Source of the DNA: Nitrospirota bacterium
GTDB taxonomy: Bacteria; Nitrospirota; UBA9217
DNA length: 64,000 bases
Direction of reading: 5' to 3'
Assembly: GCA_029858565.1 (NCBI GenBank)
Contig: JAOUEV010000002.1
Span: 32,001-96,000 of the forward strand
Part shown: one piece after another, positions 36,054-46,777 of the stretch
Layout of the letters: the number at the start of each line of letters is the position of its first letter
How positions within the stretch are numbered: position 1 is the stretch's first letter
Position numbers and translations under genes: made by a program
The notes under the pieces: generated by a model
Database searches by the model: none
Told to the model about the DNA's origin: nothing
The model's input: only the letters and a program-made list of their open reading frames with translations

Positions 36054-37067
36054 ATGATCAAAGAGGCGATCGCAAAGGTCACAGCAAAGACGAACCTCAC
36101 CGAGGCCGAGGCCGAGACGGTGATGCGCGAGATCATGCAGGGCGAGGCAACGGACGCCCAGATCGCCGCGTATATCACCGGCCTTCGCATGAAGGGCGAG
36201 ACCGTGGAGGAGATCACCGGGTCCGCGCGGGTCATGCGGGAGAAAGCGGTGAAGGTGAAGCTGAACGCGCCGTTCCAGGTGGACACCTGCGGCACCGGCG
36301 GGGACCTGTCCCATACCTTCAATATCTCGACGACCGCTGCTTTTGTCGTTGCAGCCGCGGGCGTGTCAGTCGCCAAGCACGGCAATCGCTCTGTTTCCAG
36401 CAAGAGCGGCAGCGCAGACGTGCTTCAGGCCCTGGGGATCAACATCGAGATCCCGTCCCACCGCGTTGAAGAATGTCTCGCGGAAGTGGGGATTGCGTTC
36501 CTCTTTGCTCCGCTCATGCACCAGGCCATGAAGTACGCCATCGGGCCGCGGAGGGAGATCGGGATACGGACCGTCTTCAATGTTCTTGGTCCGCTCACCA
36601 ATCCCGCAGGCGTTTCCTGCCAGATCATGGGTGTTTACTCGGCGGACCTGACCGGCATGCTCGCGCAGGTGCTCGGGAACCTCGGCTCCACCCATGCCTA
36701 TGTGGTGCACGGCATGGACGGCCTGGACGAGATCACGACCACCGACCGGACCAAAGTGTCGGAGCTGAAGAACGGCGAAGTGAACGACTATTACATCCAT
36801 CCCTCGGACTTCGATCTGCCCGCGGGAAAACCGGCGGACCTGAAGGGCGGGGACGCGAAGCAGAACGCCTCCCTGACCCTGGAAGTGCTGAAGGGCGAGA
36901 AGGGGCCGAAGCGCGACATCGTGGTGCTGAACGCGGCAGCGGGCCTGGCAGCCGCGGGAAAGGCAAGGGATATCCGCGACGGCGTGCGTATCGCGGCGGA
37001 ATCGATCGACTCCGGAGCGGCGATGAAGAAACTGGAACAGTTGAAGTCGTTCACGAACAGACCTTAA
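36054..37067 (+). CDS. trpD: anthranilate phosphoribosyltransferase
   Basis: DTCGTGGD..TFNIST, KHGNRSVSSKSGSAD, NVLGPLTNP, GLDE. Confidence 0.96.
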   Translation: MIKEAIAKVTAKTNLTEAEAETVMREIMQGEATDAQIAAYITGLRMKGETVEEITGSARVMREKAVKVKLNAPFQVDTCGTGGDLSHTFNISTTAAFVVAAAGVSVAKHGNRSVSSKSGSADVLQALGINIEIPSHRVEECLAEVGIAFLFAPLMHQAMKYAIGPRREIGIRTVFNVLGPLTNPAGVSCQIMGVYSADLTGMLAQVLGNLGSTHAYVVHGMDGLDEITTTDRTKVSELKNGEVNDYYIHPSDFDLPAGKPADLKGGDAKQNASLTLEVLKGEKGPKRDIVVLNAAAGLAAAGKARDIRDGVRIAAESIDSGAAMKKLEQLKSFTNRP

Positions 37068-37069
37068 AC

Positions 37070-37150
37070 GTAAGGGGTAAGGGGGTAAGGGGTAAGGAGT
37101 AGTTGCAGGGGATGGAGCGACGGATTTTCCCCTCACCCCTCGCACCTGAC
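37070..37150. repeat. heptamer arrays in inverted orientation (GTAAGGG x4 ... CCCCTCA x3)
   Basis: 37070-37098 and 37129-37150 between trpD and trpC; same unit at 378-398. Confidence 0.75.
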
Positions 37151-37157
37151 GGAGTCC

Positions 37158-37940
37158 ATGATCCTCGACGAGATCGTAGCATATAAAAAAGAAGAACTTG
37201 CCGAAGTAAAGCGGCGCGTGCCGCTTTCCGAGATCAGGGCGCATGTCGGAGATGCCGGTCCGACGCGGGGTTTCGGGAAGGCTCTGTCCGCGCGAACGGA
37301 TATCCGGTTGATCGCTGAAGTAAAGAAGGCGTCTCCGTCCAAGGGCGTCATCCGTCAGGATTTCGATCCGACGGGAATCGCCGGGACCTACGAACGATCG
37401 GGCGCGGCATGCCTGTCAGTGCTTACGGAAAAGAAGTTTTTTCAGGGAAGCCTTGATTACCTCGGGGCCATACGCAAGGTCGTGGGACTTCCGCTGCTCC
37501 GCAAGGACTTTATCATCGATGACTATCAGATCTTCGAGGCCAGGGCGGCCGGCGCCGACGCGATCCTGCTGATCGCGGCCTGTCTGGAACTGAGCCGGAT
37601 GGAGGACTATCTCGGCGTTGCAGCGGGATTGGGGCTCGATGTTCTGGTCGAGTCTCATACCGGAAGGGAGCTGGAGCAGTCGCTTCGGGCCGGCGCCATG
37701 CTCGTGGGGATCAACAACCGGAACCTCCTGACCTTCTCGGTGAGCATCCAGACGACCTTTGACCTGCTGAAGGACATTCCCGACGACCGCATCGTGGTGA
37801 GCGAAAGCGGGATCAAGACGCGGGAAGATGTGGTGAAGCTGCAGCAGGCCGGAGTGGACGCGATCCTGGTGGGCGAAAGCCTGATGCGGGAGAAGGACAT
37901 CGGGAAGAAAGTGAAGGAGTTGCTCGGAAAATATGATTAG
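37158..37940 (+). CDS. trpC: indole-3-glycerol phosphate synthase
   Basis: IAEVKKASPSKG, SVLTE, LRKDFI, GINNR, VSESGI, LVGESLM. Confidence 0.96.
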   Translation: MILDEIVAYKKEELAEVKRRVPLSEIRAHVGDAGPTRGFGKALSARTDIRLIAEVKKASPSKGVIRQDFDPTGIAGTYERSGAACLSVLTEKKFFQGSLDYLGAIRKVVGLPLLRKDFIIDDYQIFEARAAGADAILLIAACLELSRMEDYLGVAAGLGLDVLVESHTGRELEQSLRAGAMLVGINNRNLLTFSVSIQTTFDLLKDIPDDRIVVSESGIKTREDVVKLQQAGVDAILVGESLMREKDIGKKVKELLGKYD

Positions 37941-38553
37941 GATAAAGATCTGCGGTATCACGAACCTCGATGACGCAATGGCCGCCGCGGAAGCTGGCGC
38001 AGACGCGCTGGGATTCATATTCTACAAGAAGAGCCCCCGGTACGTGGAGCCGCTGCGCGCTGCAGAGATCATCGCCCAATTACCGCCGTTCGTCACCCCC
38101 GTGGGCGTGTTCGTGAACGAACGGGAAGAGAAGATCCGGGAAACCGTTTCTCTCGCCTGTCTTCAGGCCGTGCAGCTCCACGGCGACGAGACCCCGGAGT
38201 TCTGTCAGCGTTTCGGCACACGGGTGATCAAGGCTTTCCAGATCAAGAACAAGGAGAGCCTCAAGCACATGTCCCACTTCCGGGTGAGCGCCTATCTGCT
38301 CGACAGCTACAAGGAAGGCCTTCGCGGCGGGACCGGCGAGATCTTTGACTGGCACCTGGCCGTGGTGGCGAAGACTTTCGGCCGGATCATCCTTGCCGGC
38401 GGCCTGACGCCGGACAACGTGACCGAGGCGGTGAAGCTCGTGCAGCCCTACGGCGTTGATGTGGCCGGCGGCGTGGAGCGGGAGAAAGGCCTGAAGGACC
38501 ATGGAAAGCTCAAGAAGTTCATTACCGAGGTGCGGAGGGCGTCGAGACCATGA
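37933..38553 (+). CDS. trpF: phosphoribosylanthranilate isomerase
   Basis: KICGIT, SPRYV, QLHGDE, GGTG..FDW, LAGGL, PYGVDV. Confidence 0.96.
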   Translation: MIRIKICGITNLDDAMAAAEAGADALGFIFYKKSPRYVEPLRAAEIIAQLPPFVTPVGVFVNEREEKIRETVSLACLQAVQLHGDETPEFCQRFGTRVIKAFQIKNKESLKHMSHFRVSAYLLDSYKEGLRGGTGEIFDWHLAVVAKTFGRIILAGGLTPDNVTEAVKLVQPYGVDVAGGVEREKGLKDHGKLKKFITEVRRASRP

Positions 38554-39740
38554 GCATGCCTGACAAGACAGGTCATTTCGGTGTCTACGGCGGCAGATTC
38601 GCGCCTGAGACGCTCATGCCGGCGCTCTTTGAACTGGAGAAGGCCTATTCTGCCGCGCGGAAGGACAAGGAATTCCAGACGACCCTGGAGTTCTACAACC
38701 GGGAGTTCATCGGCAGGCCCACGCCGCTCTACCTCGCGTCGCGGCTGAGCGACCATCTCGGCGGCGCGAAGATCTACCTGAAGCGCGAGGACCTTTGCCA
38801 CACCGGCGCGCACAAGATCAACAACTCCCTGGCCCAGGTGCTGCTGGCGAAACGCATGGGCAAGACCCGCGTGGTAGCAGAGACCGGAGCCGGTCAGCAC
38901 GGCGTGGCAACCGCAACCGCGGCGGCCATGTTCGGCATGGACTGCGAGATCTACATGGGCACCGACGATGTGGCGCGTCAGTCTCTCAACGTTTTCCGCA
39001 TGAAGCTTCTGGGCGCGACCGTCCACCCCGTGGACCTGGGCAGCAAGACGCTCAAGGACGCGATCAACGAGGCAATGCGCGACTGGATCACGAACGTGGG
39101 GACCACCCACTATGTGCTCGGTACGGTCTTCGGCCCCCATCCCTTCCCTATGATGGTACGGGATTTCCAGTCCGTGATCGGGCGGGAAGCGAAGAAGCAG
39201 ATCATGAAGATGGAAGGCCGGCTTCCTGACGCACTGGTGGCCTGCGTGGGCGGCGGATCGAACGCCATGGGCCTGTTCTACGAGTTCCTGGAGGACGCCT
39301 CGGTCAAGATGTACGGCGTCGAAGCAGGCGGGACCGGTATTGAACGGGGCAAGCACGCAGCTCGGTTCTCAGGCGGGTCACTCGGTGTGCTGCAGGGCAC
39401 CAAGACCTTCATCCTCCAGGACGACGACGGCCAGATCGAAATGACCCATTCAGTCTCTGCCGGCCTGGATTACGCGGCAGTGGGTCCTGAGCATGCGTTC
39501 TACCACGACACGGGCCGGATCGAACATCCCTATGCGATCGACGAAGAGGCCATGGAGGCATTCGATCTGCTGGCAAGGCTCGAAGGCATCATTCCCGCGC
39601 TCGAAAGCGCCCACGCCGTCGCCTATTGCCTCAAGCTCGCGCCGACCCTCGGCAAGGAAAAGGTCATTATCTGCAATCTCTCGGGCCGCGGGGACAAGGA
39701 CGTGATGCAGGTGGCGAAGATGAAGGGTGTGGAGTTGTAG
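38550..39740 (+). CDS. trpB: tryptophan synthase beta chain
   Basis: [51 protein letters not shown]. Confidence 0.97.
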   Translation: MSMPDKTGHFGVYGGRFAPETLMPALFELEKAYSAARKDKEFQTTLEFYNREFIGRPTPLYLASRLSDHLGGAKIYLKREDLCHTGAHKINNSLAQVLLAKRMGKTRVVAETGAGQHGVATATAAAMFGMDCEIYMGTDDVARQSLNVFRMKLLGATVHPVDLGSKTLKDAINEAMRDWITNVGTTHYVLGTVFGPHPFPMMVRDFQSVIGREAKKQIMKMEGRLPDALVACVGGGSNAMGLFYEFLEDASVKMYGVEAGGTGIERGKHAARFSGGSLGVLQGTKTFILQDDDGQIEMTHSVSAGLDYAAVGPEHAFYHDTGRIEHPYAIDEEAMEAFDLLARLEGIIPALESAHAVAYCLKLAPTLGKEKVIICNLSGRGDKDVMQVAKMKGVEL

Positions 39741-39770
39741 CGATTGCAGATTGCGGGATAACGGCCGACT

Positions 39771-40265
39771 ATGCTCGACTACCTAGGGATATTCAAGAGA
39801 TTTAATGAAGAAGGTGTTCGCTACCTTGTGGTGGGTGGCTTGGCAATGAACCTTCTTGGGGTTCCCCGGGTCACTTACGACATCGATATTCTGATCGATA
39901 TGACGGATGAAAATATCGAAGTGTTGATGCGCCTCATGAAAGAGTGGGGATTCAAGCCGAAGCTCCCCGTGAAAGTCATGGATTTTGCAGACAGGGAAAA
40001 GCGTAAAGATTGGATAGAGACGAAGCATATGAAAGCGTTCAATCTGGTGAATGCAAAATGGGCGCTGTCCGAGATCGATATAATCATCGATGCTCCGGTT
40101 GCATACCCTGAGGCGCGCAAACATGCTAAAAAGATATCGGTGCAGGGAATATCCATCCCGGTTATTTCGATAGATGATCTCATTAAGATGAAAACGACGG
40201 CCGGCCGTGAGATGGATAAGGCGGATATCCAGTATCTCCGCAGGGTGAAAAATGGGAAAAAGTAA
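39771..40265 (+). CDS. nucleotidyltransferase (Pol-beta superfamily, DUF6036-like)
   Basis: YLVVGGLAMNLLG.PRVTYDIDI; IDII; IDDLIKMK...GREMDKADI; AT-richer than the trp genes. Confidence 0.85.
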   Translation: MLDYLGIFKRFNEEGVRYLVVGGLAMNLLGVPRVTYDIDILIDMTDENIEVLMRLMKEWGFKPKLPVKVMDFADREKRKDWIETKHMKAFNLVNAKWALSEIDIIIDAPVAYPEARKHAKKISVQGISIPVISIDDLIKMKTTAGREMDKADIQYLRRVKNGKK

Positions 40266-40431
40266 AAACAAGGGGTTCCGCTATTACGTAAGCGAGGACA
40301 TGCTTGAGCGGTATCAGAAAAAGCCCGTTTCCTTGCGTTTGCAGTGGCTCTATATGGCAAATGTGCTCCGTAAGGGGCTGAGCAAGCGGACTATTGCGAT
40401 GCAGGACCGGTTCCGGGAAGGTAAAGGCTGA
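40252..40431 (+). CDS. 59-aa basic partner protein of the nucleotidyltransferase (absent from the ORF track)
   Basis: MGKSKNKGFRYYVSEDMLERYQKKPVSLRLQWLYMANVLRKGLSKRTIAMQDRFREGKG*; start overlaps the end of the NTase gene. Confidence 0.7.
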   Translation: MGKSKNKGFRYYVSEDMLERYQKKPVSLRLQWLYMANVLRKGLSKRTIAMQDRFREGKG

Positions 40432-40614
40432 ATCGCCGCTGTAACAAGTGCCCTTTGATCCGACGGGTCTTGAAAAACGATGGCGATAAACTGGCAGGCA
40501 GCATCACGGTCATTACCAAGGAAAAGATCAGACTCATTCCCCTGCAAGAAGTGCGATAACGAACAAACGCCGCAGCTGATTGAGGCGAAGAAGTAAGTAT
40601 TTGCCGATGAGGTA

Positions 40615-41433
40615 ATGGTAATGAAGAGGATCGTGTTCATACTTGCCTTCCTATTGTTTCCGCTGCTGGCGATCGGGCAGGAGCCCCTTTGGGTGGAGGC
40701 CGCCGGCGAATCGCAGATGGGCGAGATGGACATGCAGAAAGAGGTCAAGGACCGGGCAAAGCGCGATGCCCAGGCCAAGGCCGTGGAGCAGGCCGTGGGC
40801 GCGTTCGTCAAGTCTCACACGCTGGTCTCGAACAACCAGGTTGCCGAGGACCTGATCTTCGCGGCAGTTCGCGGCAAGATCGATAAGATGAACGTCCTGT
40901 CCGAGGGATGGGACGAGAAGGACCGGAGCATCTACCGGGTCAGGATCAAGGCGCTGGTGGCGCCGGTCTATCCGGAAAAGGGCGAAGGCCTGAACGTGAA
41001 AGCGAACCTGCACAAGAGTGTGCTGAAAGAAGGCGAGGAGACAAAGATCTCCTTTCAGGCCAACGAGGACTGCTATGTCTATATCTTCTCGGTTGCTGCC
41101 GACGGCTCCGTGACCCTGCTTCTGCCGAACTCGCAGAACAAGGACAACAAGGCGGTCAAGGACAAGGTCTACACCTTCCCGGACGAAAAGAGCGAGATCT
41201 CGCTGCAGGCGCAGTTCCTGCCTGATTTCAAGGGAGAACGGGCCGAGGAGAAGATCAAGATCCTTGCGACGAAAAAAGAAGAGGCCCTGATCCCACTCGG
41301 TTTCCAGGAGGGGATGTTCAAGGCCTATGACGCAAAGTCTACGGGAATGATCAACGACCTGGTGCGGAAATTGAGCCACATCGACCCCACGGAATGGGCG
41401 GATTTTACCGTCACCTATACCATAACGAGATAG
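40615..41433 (+). CDS. exported DUF4384-domain protein with FlgT-N/LPP20-like N-terminus
   Basis: Signal peptide; WVEAAGE...AKRDAQAKAVEQA.G; LKEGE..ISFQANEDCYVYIFSVAADGSVTLLLPN. Confidence 0.75.
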   Translation: MVMKRIVFILAFLLFPLLAIGQEPLWVEAAGESQMGEMDMQKEVKDRAKRDAQAKAVEQAVGAFVKSHTLVSNNQVAEDLIFAAVRGKIDKMNVLSEGWDEKDRSIYRVRIKALVAPVYPEKGEGLNVKANLHKSVLKEGEETKISFQANEDCYVYIFSVAADGSVTLLLPNSQNKDNKAVKDKVYTFPDEKSEISLQAQFLPDFKGERAEEKIKILATKKEEALIPLGFQEGMFKAYDAKSTGMINDLVRKLSHIDPTEWADFTVTYTITR

Positions 41434-41450
41434 CAGCGAACGAGAGGACC

Positions 41451-42263
41451 ATGTCCAGGATCAAGAACACCTTCAACCGATTGCGCAAGCGGAACGAACC
41501 GGCGCTCATCCCCTACCTCATGGCCGGGGACCCTGATCTGGCAACGACCAGGGAGATCATCCTTGCCCTGGAAAAGGCGGGCTGTGATATAATTGAGCTT
41601 GGCGCTCCATTTTCCGATCCTCTGGCAGACGGGCCGACCATTCAGAAGGCGGCCCTCCGTTCTTTGCAGCACCATACGAGCATCAAGGATGTGCTCGGCC
41701 TTGTCGCCGATGTCCGCACGGTCAGCAAGATCCCGCTCATCATCATGACCTACTATAACCTGATCTTTCACTACGGCGAGGAGCGGTTCGTGCATGACGC
41801 GGTTGCCGCTGGTTTGGACGGGATCATCCTGCCGGACCTGCCTCCGGAAGAGGCGGGAACGCTGATCACCGCCGCGAAAAGGGAAGGCCTGGACACGATC
41901 TTCCTGCTCGCGCCCACGAGCACTGACGAACGCATGAAGGTCGTGGCGCGGGCGTCCCAGGGATTCATCTACTATGTTTCGCTCACCGGCGTGACCGGCT
42001 CCACCGTGGGGCTCCAGCAGTCCGCCATCGCCGGGTCCCTTGAAAAGATCCGGGCGTTGACGGACAAGCCCGTGGCCGTGGGATTCGGCATTGCCACGCC
42101 GGACCAGGCGGCGCAGGTGGCGACCTGGGGCGCCGACGGAGTGATCGTGGGCAGCGCCCTGGTAAAAGTGATCGAGCAGCACGCGGCATCTCCCGATGTC
42201 GCTGATCGGGCAGCGGAGTTCGTGAAGTCCCTCAAGCAGGGTGTGCTGGCGACGCGGTCCTAG
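41451..42263 (+). CDS. trpA: tryptophan synthase alpha chain
   Basis: PYLMAGDP, ELGAPFSDPLADGPTIQ, MTYYN, PDLP.EE, YYVSLTGVTG, VGFGI, DGVIVGSA. Confidence 0.97.
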   Translation: MSRIKNTFNRLRKRNEPALIPYLMAGDPDLATTREIILALEKAGCDIIELGAPFSDPLADGPTIQKAALRSLQHHTSIKDVLGLVADVRTVSKIPLIIMTYYNLIFHYGEERFVHDAVAAGLDGIILPDLPPEEAGTLITAAKREGLDTIFLLAPTSTDERMKVVARASQGFIYYVSLTGVTGSTVGLQQSAIAGSLEKIRALTDKPVAVGFGIATPDQAAQVATWGADGVIVGSALVKVIEQHAASPDVADRAAEFVKSLKQGVLATRS

Positions 42264-42302
42264 CGGGTCGCTGCTCGCCGTGTCGCAGGGGGGGAGGGTC
42301 CG

Positions 42303-44021
42303 ATGAAGGCCAAGCGCAAGAAAACGTCCTCGTCGAAAGCGTCCTCGAAAAAAAGCGCGAAGAGAACAGGCGCTCGAACCTCTGTTGACAGATGCTCGGT
42401 CGATGTCCTGCGCGCGCAGGCTCAGGCCCTGAAGGAACTTCTATCTCTGCACAAGGCCAAACAGGCATTCCTCTCCGGTCAGCCGGCAGCAGATATGAAC
42501 CGGCTGCTCTCCGATTACCTCAATGTCATCCTGAGCCTTACCGGTACGACCGCGGGCACCATCTTTCTCCGGGAAGAGAATGAGCTGGTGTTCCGCGCCG
42601 TGCGCGGACCGCGGGCCAGGGCGCTGATCAACAGGCGGCTCTCCCTGAGCGAAGGGATCGCCGGCTGGGTCGCACGGAACGGAAAGACCTGTGTGAGCAG
42701 GGATGTGGCAAAGGATGTGCGATGGAGCAGCAGGATCAGCGCCGAACTCAAGGTCCCGACCGTGAACATCCTTGCCGCGCCCCTGCGGATCGCTGACGGC
42801 GTCATCGGGGTTATCGAGGTCCTGAACAAGAAGAACGGCCTGCCCTTTGACAAGACCGACCGGGAGCTGCTCGAGACACTGTCGGGCCAGCTGGCCCTTG
42901 ATGTCGCCTATGTCCAGTCCCTGATCAGGACGCGCCGGGACGCCGAGCGCAAGGCCATGCAGGCGCAGTTCTCCATGGTGCTCAACTCGACCCTTGACCA
43001 GCGCGAGGTGCGCAAGCGGGCCATGGAGGCGGCAACGAACCTCATGGATGCCGAGGTGGGGTCCCTGCTGCTGGTGGATGAACAGTCAAATGAGCTCTTC
43101 TTCGAGGTTGCGCTCGGCGACAAAGGGGACCAGCTGAAGCAGGTTCGCCTCAAGATGGGCGAAGGCATCGCAGGCTGGGTTGCGGCGAACGACCAGGCCG
43201 CCATTGTCAACGACGTGGCCAACGACCCGCGGCACTTCAAAAAGGCGCAGAACATCATCCAGTTCGTCACGCGAAACATGATCTGCGTGCCGGTCCGGGT
43301 GCGGGGACGGGTGCTCGGGGTTCTCGAGGCGATCAACAAGCGGGACAACAGCTTGTTCACCGAGCAGGACCTGGAGGCTTTCTGGATGCTGGCAAACCAG
43401 GTCGCGGTCGCGCTCGAGAACGCGAACCTCTACGCGGAACTGCAGGAGACCTTTGTGAACACCGCTGAGGCCCTTGCCGCGGCCGTTGAGAAGAAGGACC
43501 CCTATACGGGCGGGCATATCATGCGCGTGGTGGAATACAGCCTGGCCATCGCCAAGCACCTGGCCGTTCCGTTGCCGGACATGGATCAGCTCCGGCTCGC
43601 GGCGGTGCTTCACGATATCGGCAAGATCGGGGTGAAGGACAGCGTTCTGCTGAAACAGGGCAAGCTGACGCCCGAGGAATTCGCGCACATGCGGGAGCAT
43701 CCGGTGGTCGGGGACGACATCATCGCGCATATCAACCAGATGCACAAGGTGCGGCGGGCGATGCGGGCCCACCACGAGAAATGGGACGGCAGCGGCTATC
43801 CCGACGGCTTGCGGGGAGATCAGATACCGCTCCACGCGAGGATCATCCTCGTGGCCGATACGCTCGATGCCATAACCACGGACCGGCCCTATCGAAAAGC
43901 GGCGGACCTTCAGACGGCCCAGGAGGAGATCAAGCGCTTCATGGGCAAGGAGTTCGACCCGCGGGTGGCCGAGGCGTTCTTCCGGGCCTGCGAAAAAGGG
44001 GACATCACGATCAGCAAGTGA
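42303..44021 (+). CDS. GAF-GAF-HD-GYP cyclic dinucleotide phosphodiesterase
   Basis: Two GAF domains (GEGIAGWVA, IGVIEVLNK); KDPYTGGH, LHDIGKIG, HHEKWDGSGYPDGL. Confidence 0.9.
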   Translation: MKAKRKKTSSSKASSKKSAKRTGARTSVDRCSVDVLRAQAQALKELLSLHKAKQAFLSGQPAADMNRLLSDYLNVILSLTGTTAGTIFLREENELVFRAVRGPRARALINRRLSLSEGIAGWVARNGKTCVSRDVAKDVRWSSRISAELKVPTVNILAAPLRIADGVIGVIEVLNKKNGLPFDKTDRELLETLSGQLALDVAYVQSLIRTRRDAERKAMQAQFSMVLNSTLDQREVRKRAMEAATNLMDAEVGSLLLVDEQSNELFFEVALGDKGDQLKQVRLKMGEGIAGWVAANDQAAIVNDVANDPRHFKKAQNIIQFVTRNMICVPVRVRGRVLGVLEAINKRDNSLFTEQDLEAFWMLANQVAVALENANLYAELQETFVNTAEALAAAVEKKDPYTGGHIMRVVEYSLAIAKHLAVPLPDMDQLRLAAVLHDIGKIGVKDSVLLKQGKLTPEEFAHMREHPVVGDDIIAHINQMHKVRRAMRAHHEKWDGSGYPDGLRGDQIPLHARIILVADTLDAITTDRPYRKAADLQTAQEEIKRFMGKEFDPRVAEAFFRACEKGDITISK

Positions 44022-44023
44022 TC

Positions 44024-44119
44024 ATTGCGGATTGTGGATTGCGGAATGCGGATTGAAAGTCCGGTTTGGACGATCGAGGTGAATCTGCAATCCGAAATCT
44101 GCAATCCGAAATCGAAAAT
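44024..44119. repeat. inverted heptamer arrays (ATTGCGG x5 / AATCCGA x5)
   Basis: 44024-44058 and the complementary-type array at 44082-44119; same unit as 2073-2107. Confidence 0.85.
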
Positions 44120-44135
44120 TGTAAGGGGGTAGGGT

Positions 44136-44777
44136 ATGGCTGAAGCATCACAGATGTTCGCCAAGTTCGGGAAGCATTTTCCCGCGGGCACCGTCCTGTT
44201 CAATGACGGGGACAGCGGCGAAGAGATGTTCATCGTTCAGTCCGGGAAAGTGAAGATCAGCAAGAAGATACGCGGCGTGGAAAAGACTCTGGCGACACTT
44301 GAAAAGGGCGAGTTCTTCGGCGAAATGGCGATCCTGAACGACAAGCCCCGTTCCGCCAGCGCGGAGGCGATCGAGGACTGCGAAATGCTGGTCATCGACC
44401 GAAAGACCTTTGAGACGCTGCTCCGGAGCAACGTGGAGATCGCCATCCGGTTCATCAAGCGACTTGCCGACCGGCTGCGCGAGGCCAACGACCAGATGGA
44501 AGCGCTGATGATCAAGGATAACACGAGCCGTCTGCTCAACATCCTCTCGAAAAAGGTGCGGGAGTCAAAGAGCGATCAGATGTCCCTTGCCATAGAGGAC
44601 CTGGGCGGGATGGCGGGCATCGACGGCGGCCAGGCGCGGATGATCCTGGAAAAGCTGGCCAGCGTGCGCATACTCTCGCTGACGGCCGACGACCGTATCG
44701 TCATCTCAAGCAAGGACCAGGTTGACCGGCTGCTCAGGTATCTGGAAATGCGCGAGATCTTCGGCGAAATGGTGTAG
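44136..44777 (+). CDS. cNMP-binding Crp/Fnr family regulator
   Basis: LFNDGD..EEMFIVQSGKVKI, GEFFGEMAIL..KPRSASA; C-terminal HTH-like region. Confidence 0.9.
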   Translation: MAEASQMFAKFGKHFPAGTVLFNDGDSGEEMFIVQSGKVKISKKIRGVEKTLATLEKGEFFGEMAILNDKPRSASAEAIEDCEMLVIDRKTFETLLRSNVEIAIRFIKRLADRLREANDQMEALMIKDNTSRLLNILSKKVRESKSDQMSLAIEDLGGMAGIDGGQARMILEKLASVRILSLTADDRIVISSKDQVDRLLRYLEMREIFGEMV

Positions 44778-44824
44778 GGGCAGCGACAAGTGACGAGAGA
44801 TAAGAGAGGGAGGAACCGGGAACC

Positions 44825-46714
44825 ATGAGCCTGCCCAATAGCAAGCGCACGGGGATCTATATCGCGCTGATCGTGGCGATCACGCTATCCTTGTTCCATG
44901 TCACCAGCTTCCGGTTCTTCGATATCCTGGATCAGAAGACCCTTGATCTGCAGTTCGCGCTGCGCGGTCCCCTCGCACCGGGTCCGGAAACGGTCATTGC
45001 AGCCATCGATGAAAAGAGCATCAGCCGCCTGGGCAGGTTTCCCTGGCCCCGTTCCACCTGGGGACGGATCGTCGACCGGCTGACCGAAGAGGGCGCGAAA
45101 GTGATCGTTTTCGATGTTTTCTTCACCGAGCCGGAGAATGTTACGTCCGACGACCAGTTCCAGAAGGCCATACGGGAAAGCGGGCGGGTCGTGCTGCCCA
45201 TGGTCTTTGACCTCCAGGGGGCCTTTGGCGAGACGGGCTTCACCGACCAGAAGGTGGATTTTCTGATGCCCGCGGCCTATAGCGCGTTCCGCAATCCCGA
45301 GCAGGACGCGATCCCCGAGGCAAAAATGGTGCTGCCCTCGCTGATGCGGTTCTCGACCTATGCCAAGACGCTGGCGCACATCAATATGAATCCCGACAGT
45401 GACGGCACCCTTCGCTGGGAGATGCTCGCGGTCAAGTATAAGGATGATTACTACGCGCCCATAGGACTCCAGGCGGCTCGGCTCTTTCTTGACCTGCCGA
45501 GCGAACGCATGGTCCTCGACATGGCCGGCGGCGTCACGATGAACAACACGGTCATTCCTACCGACGCGTACGGCCGCATGCTGATCAACTACCGCGGTCC
45601 GAACAAGACCTTTCCGATGTATTCCCTGTCGGACCTCCTGGACCGCACCCTGCCCGCGGGGACCCTCAAGAACAAGGTCATCCTGATCGGCGCGACTGCG
45701 ATCGGCATCTATGATCTGCGTGTGACGCCCTATTCCACGAACATGGCGGGGATCGAGAAACATGCCAACGTGGTTGACAATATCCTTCACGGCGATTTCC
45801 TCCACCGTGCGGCTGATTACGACATTCCGCTGATCTTCCTGTTCACGCTGGTCATGGGCGCGTTGCTTCCCCGGCTCGGCGCCAAGGAGGGGGGGCTGCT
45901 GTTCCTGGCCCTGCTGGCCGGGTTCTCCGGTTTTGTGTACTACCTTTTTGCTGCCCGGGGGGTCTGGTTCAGCTGGGTCTACCCGGCATCAGCTATCTTT
46001 TTCGGCTACATGAGCCAGACAGCCTATCGGTTCTTCACCGAGGAGCGCCGCGCCCGGGATATCCGGAAGATGTTCTCGAGCTACGTGTCCAAACGCATCG
46101 TTGATGAACTGATCCGCGACCCCAGCAAGATGAAGCTCGGCGGAGACCGCAAGGAATTGACGGTGCTGTTCTCGGATATACGGGGATTTACCACCTTTTC
46201 GGAGAAACACCAGCCCGAAGAGGTCGTGTCCCAGTTGAACGAATACCTGGGGGCCATGACGCATGTCGTGTTCGAGCACGAGGGGACGCTGGACAAGTTC
46301 GTCGGCGACGCGGTGATGGCGTTTTGGGGGGCTCCCCTGGACCAGCAGGACCACGCTGTCCGGTGCGTACGGTGCGCACTGGATATGATCAAGAAGCTCA
46401 AGGCGCTTCAGGAGAAGTGGGCCGCGGAAGGGAAGCATGTCATTGATATCGGCGTGGGCATCAACAGCGGCGATATGATCGTCGGGAACATGGGAGCGGA
46501 AGGGAAAAAGATGGATTTCACCGTGATCGGCGACAACGTGAACCTCGCAGCGAGGGTGGAGGGCTTGACAAGACAGCATAACTGTCATATTATCATTACG
46601 GAATACACCTATGCCAAGGTCAAAGATGTTGTGAATGTTCAGGAATTGGGCGCGGTCACGGTCAAGGGAAAAGCGCAGCCCGTGTTCATGTACGCGGTTC
46701 TCAGCGAGAAATAA
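44825..46714 (+). CDS. CHASE2-domain class III adenylate cyclase
   Basis: CHASE2 (IDEKSI..LGRFPWPR, DSDG.LR); three TM helices; LFSDIRGFT, DKFVGDAVMA, DFTVIGDNVNLAARVE with the K/D residues for ATP specificity. Confidence 0.93.
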   Translation: MSLPNSKRTGIYIALIVAITLSLFHVTSFRFFDILDQKTLDLQFALRGPLAPGPETVIAAIDEKSISRLGRFPWPRSTWGRIVDRLTEEGAKVIVFDVFFTEPENVTSDDQFQKAIRESGRVVLPMVFDLQGAFGETGFTDQKVDFLMPAAYSAFRNPEQDAIPEAKMVLPSLMRFSTYAKTLAHINMNPDSDGTLRWEMLAVKYKDDYYAPIGLQAARLFLDLPSERMVLDMAGGVTMNNTVIPTDAYGRMLINYRGPNKTFPMYSLSDLLDRTLPAGTLKNKVILIGATAIGIYDLRVTPYSTNMAGIEKHANVVDNILHGDFLHRAADYDIPLIFLFTLVMGALLPRLGAKEGGLLFLALLAGFSGFVYYLFAARGVWFSWVYPASAIFFGYMSQTAYRFFTEERRARDIRKMFSSYVSKRIVDELIRDPSKMKLGGDRKELTVLFSDIRGFTTFSEKHQPEEVVSQLNEYLGAMTHVVFEHEGTLDKFVGDAVMAFWGAPLDQQDHAVRCVRCALDMIKKLKALQEKWAAEGKHVIDIGVGINSGDMIVGNMGAEGKKMDFTVIGDNVNLAARVEGLTRQHNCHIIITEYTYAKVKDVVNVQELGAVTVKGKAQPVFMYAVLSEK

Positions 46715-46777
46715 CAGTACGCATCGCCGCACACGGTCCGATGCGATGAGCCAAGTTTACGGTCACAGGGAGGGCCG

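Noticed and set aside
40436-40520. Second attC site after the NTase pair (CTGTAACAAG...)
   Set aside because: Resembles an R'' start, but I found no matching GTTRRRY end or paired arms.
2073-44119. Heptamer arrays as CRISPR repeats
   Set aside because: Units are 7 nt, tandem and without unique spacers; no cas genes in the window.
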